Shown: positions 12,701-23,643 of the stretch, piece by piece | How the letters are laid out: each line of letters starts with the position of its first letter | How positions within the stretch are numbered: position 1 is the first letter of the stretch | Source of the DNA: Squalus acanthias | Taxonomy: Eukaryota | Assembly (NCBI GenBank): GCA_030390025.1 | Contig: CM059431.1 | Coordinates: 97,342,001-97,406,000 of the forward strand | Direction: 5' to 3' | Length of the DNA: 64,000 bases | The notes under the pieces: generated by a model | Told to the model about the DNA's origin: nothing | The model's database searches: none | The model's input: the letters and a program-made list of their open reading frames with translations, nothing else | Translations under genes and position numbers: made by a program

Positions 12701-15700
12701 AGGCGTGTGTAAATCACGCTTGTGTAAATCAGGCGTGTGTAAATCAGGGCGTGTGTAAATCAGGCGTGTGTAAATCAAGCTTGTGTAAATCAGGTGTGTG
12801 TAAATCACGCTTGTGTAAATCAGGCGTGTGTAAATCAGGCGTGTGTAAATCAGGTGTGTGTAAATCACGCTTGTGTAAATCAGGTGTGTGTAAATCACGC
12901 TTGTGTAAATCAGGCGTGTGTAAATCAAGCTTGTGTAAATCAGGCGTGTGTAAATCAGGCGTGTGTAAATCAGGTGTGTGTAAATCACGCTTGTGTAAAT
13001 CAGGCGTGTGTAAATCATGCTTGTGTAAATCAGGCGTGTGTAAATCAGGCGTGTGTAAATCACGCTTGTGTAAATCAGGTGTGTGTAAATCAGGCGTGTG
13101 TAAATCACGCTTGTGTAAATCATGCTTGTGTAAATCAGGCATGTGTAAATCGGGTGTGTGTAAATCACGCTTGTGTAAATCAGGCGTGTGTAAATCAGGC
13201 GTGTGTAAATCACGCTTGTGTAAATCAGGCTTGTGTAAATCAGGCGTGTGTAAATCACGCTTGTGTAAATCAGGTGTGTGTAAATCACGCTTGTGTAAAT
13301 CATGCTTGTGTAAATCGGGCGTCTGTAAATCGGGCGTGTGTAAATCGGGCGTGTGTAAATCAGGCGTGTGCAAATCGGGCGTGTGTAAATCGGGCGTGTG
13401 TAATTCAGGCATGTGTAAATCGGGCGTGTGTAAATCGGGCGAGTGTAAATCACGCTTGTGTAAATCAGGCGTGTGTAAATCAGGCGTGTGTAAATCAGGC
13501 GTGTGTAAATCAGGCGTGTGTAAATCACGCTTCTGTAAATCAGGCGTGTGTAAATCACGCTTGTGTAAATCAGGCGTGTGTAAATGAGGCGTGTGTAAAT
13601 CAGGCGTGTGTAAATCACGCTTGTGTAAATCAGGCGTGAGTAAATCACACTTGTGTAAATCAGGCGTGTGTAAATCACGCTTGTGTAAATCAGGTGTGTG
13701 TAAATCACGCTTGTGTAAATCATGCTTGTGTAAATCGGGAGTGTGTAAATCAGGCGTGTGTAAATCGGGTGTGTGTAAATCAGGAGTGTGCAAATTGGGC
13801 GTGTGTAAATCGGGCGTGTGTAATTCAGGCGTGTGTAAATCGGGCGTGTGTAAATCGGGCGTGTGTAAATCACGCTTGTGTAAATCAGGCGTGTGTAAAT
13901 CAGGCGTGTGTAAATCAGGCGTGTGTAAATCACGCTTCTGTAAATCAGGCGTGTGTAAATCATGCTTGTGTAAATCAGGCGTGTGTAAATCAGGCGTGTG
14001 TAAATCAGGCGTGTGTAAATCACGCTTGTGTAAATGAGGCGTGTGTAAATCACACTTGTGTAAATCATGCTTGTGTAAATCGGGCGTGTGTAAATCAGGC
14101 GTGTGTAAATCGGGCGTGTGTAAATCACGCTTGTGTAAATCAGGCGTGTGTAAATCACGCTTGTGTAAATCAGGCGTGTGTAAATCAGGCATGTGTAAAT
14201 CACGCTTGTGTAAATCAGGCGTGTGTAAATCAGGCGTGTGTAAATCACGCTTGTGTAAATCAGGCGTGTGTAAATCACGCTTGTGTAAATCATGCTTGTG
14301 TAAATCGGGCGTGTGTATATCACGCTTGTGTAAATCAGGCGTGTGTAAATCGGGCGTGTGTAAATCACGCTTGTGTAAATCAGGCGTGTGTATATCATGC
14401 TTGTGTAAATCATGCTTGTGTAAATCGGGCGTGTGTAAATCAGGTGTGTGTAAATCGGGCGTGTGTAAATCATGCTTGTGTAAATCAGGCATGTGTAAAT
14501 CACGCTTGTGTAAATCGGGCGTGTGTAAATCAGGCGTGTGTAAATCGGGCATGTGTAAATCATGCTTGTGTAAATCGGGCGTGTGTAAATCAGGCGTGTG
14601 TAAATCACGCTTGTGTAAATCATGCTTGTGTAAATCAGGCGTGTGTAAATCTGGCGTGTGTAAATCGGGCTTGTGTAAATCACGCTTGTGTAAATCATGC
14701 TTGTGTAAATCACGCTTGTGTAAATCATGCTTGTGTAAATCACGCTTGTGTAAATCATGCTTGTGTAAATCGGGCGTGTGCAATTCAGGCGTGTGTAAAT
14801 CGGGCGTGTGTAAATCGGGCGTGTGTAAATCGGGCGGGTTGTAAATCGGGCTTGTGTAAATCGGGCGTGTGTAAATCGGGCGTGTTTAAATCAGGCGTGT
14901 GTAAATCGGGCGTGTGTAAATCGGGCGTGTGTAAATCGGGCGTGTGTAAATCGGGCGGGTGTAAATTGGGCGTGTGTAAATCGGGCGTGTGTAAATCGGG
15001 CATGTGTAAATCAGGCGTGTGTAAATCGGGCGGGTATAAATCGGGCATGTGTAAATCGAGCGTGTGTAAATCGGGCGTGTGTAAATCAGGCGTATGTAAA
15101 TCGGGGGGAGTAAATCGGGCGTGTTTAAATTGGGCGGGGTGTAAATCGGGCGTGTTTAAATTGGTCGGGGTGTAAATCGGGCGTGTGTAAATCGGGCGGG
15201 TGTAAATTGGGCGTGTGCTGATCGGGCGTATTTAAATTGGGCGGGGTGTAAATCGGGCGTGTTTAAATTGGGCGGGGTGTAAATCGGGCGTGTGTAAATC
15301 GGGTGTGTGTAAAATGGGCGTGTTTAAATCGGGCGTGTGCAAATCGGGCGTGTGTAAATCGGGCGTGTGTAAATCGGGTGTGTGCTGATCAGGCGTGTGT
15401 AAATTGGGTGTGTGCAAATCGGGTGTGTGTAAATCGGGCGTGTGTAAATCGGGCGTGTGTAAATCGGGCGTGTGTAAATCGGGTGTGTGTAAATCGGGCG
15501 TGTGTGAATCGGGCGGGTGTAAATTGGGCGTGTGCTGATCGGGCGTGTTTAAATTGGGCGTGGTGTAAATCGGGCGTGTTTAAATTGGGCGGGGTGTAAA
15601 TCGGGCGTGTGTAAATCGGGTGTGTGTAAATCAGGTGTGTGTAAATCAGGTGTGTGTAAATCGGGTGTGTGTAAATCAGGCGTGTGTAAATCAGGCGTGT

Positions 15701-18700
15701 GTAAATCGGGCATGTGTAAATCACGCTTGTGTAAATCAGGCGTGTGTAAATCAGGTGTGTGTAAATCAGGCGTGTTTAAATCAGGTGTGTGTAAATCAGG
15801 TGTGTGTAAATCGGGTGTGTGTAAATCAGGCGTGTGTAAATCAGGTGTGTGTAAATCACGCTTGTGTAAATCAGGCGTGTGTAAATCACGCTTGTGTAAA
15901 TCAGGTGTGTGTAAATCACGCTTGTGTAAATCAGGCGTGTGTAAATCAGGCGTGTGTAAATCAGGCGTGTGTAAATCACGCTTGTGTAAATCAGGAGTGT
16001 GTAAATCAGGCGTGTGTAAATCACGCTTGTGTAAATCAGGCTTGGGTAAATCAGCCGTGTGTAAATCACGCTTGTGTAAATCAGGCGTGTGTAAATCACG
16101 CTTGTGTAAATCATGCTTGTGTAAATCGGGCATGTGTAAATCGGGTGTGTGTAAATCGGGTGTGTGTAAATCGGGCGTGTTTAAATCAGGCGTGTGCAAA
16201 TCGGGCGTGTGTAAATCGGGCGTGTGTAAATCGGGCGTGTGTAAATCAGGCGTGTGTAAATCAGGCGTGTGTAAATCAGGCGTGTGTAAATCACGCTTGT
16301 GTAAATCAGGCGTGTGTAAATCACGCTTGTGTAAATCAGGCGTATGTAAATCACACTTGTGTAAATCAGGCGTGTGTAAATCAGGCGTGTGTAAATCAGG
16401 CTTGTGGAAATCACGCTTGTGTAAATCAGGCGTGTGTAAATCACGCTTGTGTAAATCATGCTTGTGTAAATCCGGCGTGTGTAAATCAGGCGTGTGTAAA
16501 TCGGGCGTGTGTAAATCACGCTTGTGTAAATCAGGCGTGTGTAAATCACGCTTGTGTAAATCAGGCATGTGTAAATCAGGCGTGTGTAAATCACGCTTGT
16601 GTAAATCAGGCGTGTGTAAATCAGTCGTGTGTAAATCACGATTGTGTAAATCAGGCGTGTGTAAATCACGCTTGTGTAAATCATGCTTGTGTAAATCGGG
16701 CGTGTGTAAATCAGGCGTGTGTAAATCGGGCGTGTGTAAATCATGCTTGTGTAAATCAGGCGTGTGTAAATCACGCTTGTGTAAATCAGGCGTGTGTAAA
16801 TCATGCTTGTGTAAATCAGGCGTGTGTAAATCATGCTTGTGTAAATCAGGCGTGTGTAAATCATGCATGTGTAAATCAGGCGTGTGTAAATCATGCTTGT
16901 GTAAATCAGGCGTGTGTAAATCATGCTTGTGTAAATCAGGCGTGTGTAAATCACGCTTGTGTAAATCAGGCGTGTGTAAATCATGCTTGTGTAAATCAGG
17001 CGTGTGTAAATCATGCTTGTGTAAATCGGGCGTGTGCAATTCAGGCGTGTGTAAATCGGGCGTGTGTAAATCGGGCGTGTGTAAATCGGGCGGGTTGCAA
17101 ATCGGGCGTGTGTAAATCGGGCGTGTGTAAATCGGGCGTGTTTAAATCAGGCGTGTGTAAATCGGTCGTGTGTAAATCGGGCGTGTGTAAATCGGGCGTG
17201 TGCAAATCGGGCGGGTGTAAATAGGGCGTGTGTAAATCGCGCGTGTGCAAATCGGGCGTGTGTGAATCAGGCGTGTGTAAATCGGGCATGTGTAAATCAG
17301 GCGTGTGTAAATCGGGCGGGTATAAATCAGGCATGTGTAAATCGGGCGTGTGTAAATCGGGCGTGTGTAAATCAGGCGTGTGTAAATCGGGCATGTGTAA
17401 ATCACGCTTGTGTAAATCAGGCGTGTGTAAATCAGGTGTGTGTAAATCAGGCGTGTTTAAATCAGGTGTGTGTAAATCAGGTGTGTGTAAATCGGGTGTG
17501 TGTAAATCAGGCGTGTGTAAATCAGGTGTGTGTAAATCACGCTTGTGTAAATCAGGCGTGTGTAAATCACGCTTGTGTAAATCAGGTGTGTGTAAATCAC
17601 GCTTGTGAAAATCAGGAGTGTGTAAATCAGGCGTGTGTAAATCAGGCGTGTGTAAATCAGGCGTGTGTAAATCACGCTTGTGTAAATCAGGAGTGTGTAA
17701 ATCAGGCGTGTGTAAACCACGCTTGTGTAAATCAGGCTTGTGTAAATCAGCCGTGTGTAAATCACGCTTGTGTAAATCAGGCGTGTGTAAATCACGCTTG
17801 TGTAAATCATGCTTGTGTAAATCGGGCATGTGTAAATCGGGTGTGTGTAAATTGGGTGTGTGTAAATCGGGCGTGTTTAAATCAGGCGTGTGCAAATCGG
17901 GCGTGTGTAAATCAGGCGTGTGTAAATCAGGCGTGTGTAAATCAGGCGTGTGTAAATCAGGCGTGTGTAAATCACGCTTGTGTAAATCAGGCGTGTGTAA
18001 ATCACGCTTGTGTAAATCAGGCGTATGTAAATCACACTTGTGTAAATCAGGCGTGTGTAAATCAGACGTGTGTAAATCAGGCTTGTGGAAATCACGCTTG
18101 TGTAAATCAGGCGTGTGTAAATCACGCTTGTGTAAATCATGCTTGTGTAAATCCGGCGTGTGTAAATCAGGCGTGTGTAAATCGGGCGTGTGTAAATCAC
18201 GCTTGTGTAAATCAGGCGTGTGTAAATCACGTTTGTGTAAATCAGGCATGTGTAAATCAGGCGTGTGTAAATCACGCTTGTGTAAATCAGGCGTGTGTAA
18301 ATCAGTCGTGTGTAAATCACGATTGTGTAAATCAGGCGTGTGTAAATCACGCTTGTGTAAATCATGCTTGTGTAAATCGGGCGTGTGTAAATCAGGCGTG
18401 TGTAAATCGGGCGTGTGTAAATCATGCTTGTGTAAATCAGGCGTGTGTAAATCACGCTTGTGTAAATCAGGCGTGTGTAAATCATGCTTGTGTAAATCAG
18501 GCGTGTGTAATCATGCTTGTGTAAATCAGGCGTGTGTAAATCATGCAAGTGTAATCAGGCGTTGTGTAAATCATGCTTGTGTAAATCAGGCTTGTGTAAA
18601 TCATGCTTGTGTAAATCAGGCGTGTGTAAATCACGCTTGTGTAAATCAGGCGTGTGTAAATCATGCTTGTGTAAATCAGGCGTGTGTAAATCATGCTTGT

Positions 18701-19487
18701 GTAAATCGGGCGTGTGTAATCAGGCGTGTGTAAATCGGGCGTGTGTAAATCGGGCGTGTGTAAATCGGGCGGGTTGTAAATCGGGCGTGTGTAAATCGGG
18801 CGTGTGTAAATCGGGCGTGTTTAAATCAGGCGTGTGTAAATCGGGCGTGTGTAAATCGGGCGTGTGTAAATCGGGCGTGTGTAAATCGGGCGGGTGTAAA
18901 TTGGGCGTGTGTAAATCGGGCGTGTGCAAATCGGGCGTGTGTAAATCAGGCGTGTGTAAATCGGGCATGTGTAAATCAGGCGTGTGTAAATCGGGCGGGT
19001 ATAAATCAGGCATGTGTAAATCGGGCGTGTGTAAATCGGGCGTGTGTAAATCAGGCGTGTGTAAATCGGGGGGAGTAAATCGGGCGTGTTTAAATTGGGC
19101 GGGGTGTAAATCGGGCGTGTTTAAATTGGGCGGGGTGTAAATCGGGCGTGTGTAAATCGGGCGGGTGTAAATTGGGCGTGTGCTGATCGGGCGTATTTAA
19201 ATTGGGCGGGGTGTAAATCGGGCGTGTTTAAATTGGGCGGGGTGTAAATCGGGCGTGTGTAAATCGGGTGTGTGTAAATCGGGCGTGTTTAAATCGGGCG
19301 TGTGTAAATCGGGCGTGTGTAAATCGGGCGTGTGTAAATCGGGTGTGTGTAAATCAGGCGTGTGTAAATCGGGTGTGTGTAAATCGGGTGTGTGTAAATC
19401 GGGCGTGTGTAAATCGGGCGTGTGTAAATCGGGCGTGTGTAAATCGGGCGTGTGTAAATCGGGCGTGTGTAAATCGGGCGTGTGTAA
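3712..19487. repeat. Satellite, 15-bp unit (tgtaaatcRggcgtg / tgtaaatcacgcttg) with higher-order structure
   Basis: About 15.8 kb of tandem 15-mers; 5-aa periodic ORFs; recurring variant blocks; runs into the assembly gap. Confidence 0.98.
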
Positions 19488-19987
19488 NNNNNNNNNNNNN
19501 NNNNNNNNNNNNNNNNNNNNNNNNNNNNNNNNNNNNNNNNNNNNNNNNNNNNNNNNNNNNNNNNNNNNNNNNNNNNNNNNNNNNNNNNNNNNNNNNNNNN
19601 NNNNNNNNNNNNNNNNNNNNNNNNNNNNNNNNNNNNNNNNNNNNNNNNNNNNNNNNNNNNNNNNNNNNNNNNNNNNNNNNNNNNNNNNNNNNNNNNNNNN
19701 NNNNNNNNNNNNNNNNNNNNNNNNNNNNNNNNNNNNNNNNNNNNNNNNNNNNNNNNNNNNNNNNNNNNNNNNNNNNNNNNNNNNNNNNNNNNNNNNNNNN
19801 NNNNNNNNNNNNNNNNNNNNNNNNNNNNNNNNNNNNNNNNNNNNNNNNNNNNNNNNNNNNNNNNNNNNNNNNNNNNNNNNNNNNNNNNNNNNNNNNNNNN
19901 NNNNNNNNNNNNNNNNNNNNNNNNNNNNNNNNNNNNNNNNNNNNNNNNNNNNNNNNNNNNNNNNNNNNNNNNNNNNNNNNNNNNNNN
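19488..19987. other. Assembly gap (500 N)
   Basis: Run of N. Confidence 1.
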
Positions 19988-20547
19988 TTTTTTTCGGGTT
20001 TGGCGCTCAAATTTCTTGTATAGGGTGATCTCCGTTTTAATGGGTTTTGGGGATACTCGTAACTGTCTGAGTACCTGTTAATACTTTTCCCATTGTTTAA
20101 TCGGTCGGTGTTCTCCCTGGAGGGGTTTTGGGGCTTCCAAATGTTTTCTGTAACTACCCGCTAACGGCTCTCTCATCGTAGAGTCGTTGGGATTTTGCAT
20201 ATTAATGTCTTTGGATGGGTTCTTGATTACTTGGTACAATAGCCCTTATTCACACCTGGGAGACCGATTTCAGTATTTATGTGTATACTGCAAACCCATG
20301 ATGTCTAGTGTATTATCTTAAATGTGCTGAGTCTTGATCGAACTTGCACAAATGTTTATTGGAACGCCATCTTGTCTGCCTGTCGATGAATCTAGAATGT
20401 TCTGCCACGAGGCGTGGCGGCCATTTTACAGGCTGCTTGTGTCCACTTTGAAAACCTGACAGCATTCTGCTGAAATAAAAGCTGTTTGAACGAAACTATG
20501 TGTTTTTCTCCTTATTAATGAAATCGCGATATATTGCGAATTCTACA
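19988..20547 (-). repeat. 3' LTR (partial; remainder lost in the gap)
   Basis: Nearly identical to ~32750-33302 and ends in the same gcgaattctaca terminus. Confidence 0.95.
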
Positions 20548-20558
20548 GTCCCTCCTGT
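20548..20558 (-). promoter_or_regulatory. Candidate polypurine tract
   Basis: Minus strand acaggagggac directly precedes the TG of the 3' LTR; short and imperfect. Confidence 0.5.
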
Positions 20559-20994
20559 TGATGCGAATAACTCCGCTTATCGTATCAAAAATATTGTGGT
20601 GAGCAATATTATCTCGATTTCTCCAGATCCAGAAAATTAATCCCATAACTTAAACTATCTAGGGTCTTTGCGTCGTCCTTATTTCCCAAGAAAATTACCT
20701 TCTTATAATACCGCAGGCATTATTTGCCTTTAAACTTACACCACTTGTTTTCCTTCCAGGCGTAACCAGGCCGATGCCTCTCGTATCACCTGTATATTCA
20801 TATTTTTATTTAGGGAAAGGAAAAACAAAACAAAACCAAACAATCATCTTTAACTATAACACCATCACCAAAATAATCAACACCAACTCTTAAACATGTC
20901 GAGTTCCAAACGTATTTACAGTTTCCGAAAAATCACGATCGAGTACAACACTTCCGAGGCGCACGTGGCAAGCGGGAGTGACGCCATTTTCCGA

Positions 20995-23343
20995 TTACAC
21001 GGTGCTTTCATCGTGCACGCGCACGTAACGTTCTCGCCACTCTCCCATGTTTTCGTGCTTGGTGAGGCGTTTGCCTCTCTTACAATGTACGACCAATCGG
21101 TACACTACAATAAAACTTGGCATACAACTAAAATGTGGGAGGCTATTCTGATCCATGAAGGCACTTCAATATTGGTGAACAGATTCCACCACGGTGGAAT
21201 TACTATGTCCAGAATGTCTGTCCCTATTTCGACAGTTTTCTGCTCTAGTGTGTAAAAATGTTTTTGTGACACCGCGACGGCTTTCAAAAGCTTGGTGAGG
21301 TGTTCAGGGAGAGGGGGAATGAGGTATCCGAAATGCTCGACGAATCGCTGCAAGTCGGTGAAATTCTCTTTTACTGTTAGATGAACAGTGGATGGTTCAG
21401 GGATGGTGACAATTCGCTGTTGTGCTACTTGAACTTCCGCCCTGGGTTTGAAACAGAAACTGCTGTCACTCACCGGACACCGGCTACGGTTTCCATGCTG
21501 GTATGTTGCGCTGCAGTGGTAACACAATATGTTCCACCCCCGATGTATGCTACCTGCGGAGGCACATGATCTGTGCCATTGCCTCCATGGTGCAATTCAT
21601 GGACTTGGCGCCAGCCGTTCTGAACCCGCACTGTGGTGTTAAAAAGGCATTCAAGTGCTGGGGACACAGTATTATGTGTGCTCCCCTGCCACGACAACCA
21701 GCGAGATCTGTACCTGTCATCGTTTGCTCCCAGCGGATGACGTAGGGTGGAACCGCTGCATAGCGAATGTGGGCTCCCCCCTGAATGACACCAATGTTCT
21801 CTACCCGATACACCGGGGCGGGCTTTGCTGTGTCGCCCAAAACCGGCATACGTAATACTATACCCATGATAGTATGGTTTGATCGTCCGCAGTCCACGGG
21901 GACTGGGTATGCTTCTGAAGCTAGCCTGAGCTGGCACGGGCTTAATGCGTTCTGAAAAGGGTGGAGCGCCCGCAGGTGTTTGTTACTTATCCAGGACGGG
22001 ACCAAACCTTGTTTTAAATCCTCCAAATTACTGCGGCCCTCGCCCAGTAACCACGCCCCGTAAAGCACGCACACCTCGTTCTGCGCAGCTTGATCGGATG
22101 CATTCCGATCTTCCCTAATCAGGGCATTTACCGTTCTCGCGTGTTTCTCTAGCTCTGCTATAATTTCCTTTAAATGGAGAGTCATGGCTTGGTCCTCGTG
22201 TAAACCCGACCCAACCACTTTATTTTCATCTGTGAGAATGTCTTTTAATTGCGTTTTTAAGCCATTAATCTGGGTCTGCAGCTCCACGCTGTCTAGAGCG
22301 TTGACCACAGATGTACCTGTGTTGAAAGCAGTGAACGCGTCGTTCACAACACCCCTTCTTTGTCTCCCCACCTGATCAAAGACTTCATGTGGTGCGGTGT
22401 ACAAACTTGTTTTATCAATTTCCGCGAAATCAAATTCGTAAAATTGTCTGAACATCTTGGTCAACAGGACCTGATAAAACTGTTCCGTCTTTTTGGGGCA
22501 CCACTCTGGTAACCGCACCTCGGTGAGATTTAAAATCACCGAGGCCACCGCGTAATGTGCCCCCTGAAATAGTATCTGGTCTGTGGGGACCAGTACCAAA
22601 CCATTCCCGGGTCCCTTACTAGTTTTAGGGCACCCTTCCTCTTTAGCTAGAACCACCGGAATCGTGGGCGGGGCTTTGCGTGGGCGCGTAATGAGTTCAG
22701 TGGCATTTACCGGGATCGAAGAGTATGGGGCTCCGCACCCCCTGGTGCTCGCATCCCACCTCATCCCCTGTCCGTTATCCTGCCATTGATTAATGAAAAA
22801 TATGGAGATGCCTTTGGGGCAAGCGTACTTTGACCCCCACATACATACATAAATTCCCTCATCCGGTTCCCACCATTTGTCCCAACAGACTCTCACTTGT
22901 CCGTTTGTCCCCGTAATTGTCCGATGGGTATTATTACCCAGTCGTTCCCACTCGACCGAAGAGTTCCTCATGTTTTTGCTCAGCTTTTGCAGCCACCACC
23001 ATCGGCTCAATGGGACATTCCCACTACAAGTCAAACAAATCCGTTTGCCGACGGTGACGCTGATCCTGGGTGCGATGATCCTTACTTTGGGGCACATTAA
23101 AGAAGTCTCTTGGTAGGCAAACCCCGATGTGCTGGAATACTCCGTTGAGTTCGTTCCCAGCCATCCTGGCCACCTTCCCTTGTGGAAATAGGTGCTGGTC
23201 TCCTCAGCCTCCCGTCTTCCGGTCCCATCCACCGCGATGGGGGCCGTGTCCCCGGAGCATCCAAACACCACGACATCCTTGGTGCGGCCTCGATAGGCCA
23301 ATCCACATCCGATTGCCGCGAGCAATACTAGAATTCGTTCCAT
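20995..23343 (-). pseudogene. env: env: class I fusion glycoprotein (F-like) with N-terminal Ig-like domain; C-terminal part split by about three frameshifts
   Basis: Signal peptide MERILVLLAAIGCGLA from ATG 23343; Ig-like motifs; RQRR/GVVNDAFTAFNTGTSVVNAL cleavage site plus fusion peptide; heptad repeat; Cys-rich region; continues through the frames of ORFs 21470-21937 and 21105-21527 to a TM segment (WIRIASHILVVCQV..FIVVY) and basic tail ending TAA at ~20995. Confidence 0.85.
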
Positions 23344-23643
23344 CCTTCCTTGGTTCCTGTGATCAGATAGAATGAGGTAGCCAGCCTCGCAAGAGTCTCT
23401 GGCTTTTGTGAAGGGTGAGCGGGTCCCCTGACCTCGCCTCACGTAAACTTCAATGTTCGCTGAATAAACTTTAACTAAACCTATCTCTAAAGCTCCCATC
23501 ATTTTACCATTTTCTGTTAAAATTAAACTACAAACTTAACCTGACTTAAAACTATAAACTTATTCTTAACCTTAAACTATAAACTTAGAAACTTATCCTA
23601 AACTTATTACTGTACAGCGCCGCCCGTTCCCAGGGCGGCCCCT

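Noticed and set aside
10290..12760. Clusters of 14/16-bp units as real satellite subtypes
   Set aside because: Single-base indels clustered in patches (also near 18500-18560) look like low-quality consensus
2817..19487. Long ORFs (up to 836 aa) of IYTRL, DLHTP, CKSGV and CVNQA repeats
   Set aside because: Translation of a 15-bp satellite that is stop-free in several frames on both strands; no evidence of a gene
3712..19487. CRISPR-like or coded array (constant tgtaaatc plus variable 7-mer)
   Set aside because: Variable part is a handful of related variants, not unique spacers; eukaryotic context and no cas genes
19255..20028. ORFs spanning X runs
   Set aside because: Artefacts of the N gap
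20896..21255. 119-aa plus-strand ORF near the 3' LTR
   Set aside because: Antisense shadow of the env C-terminus; no motif
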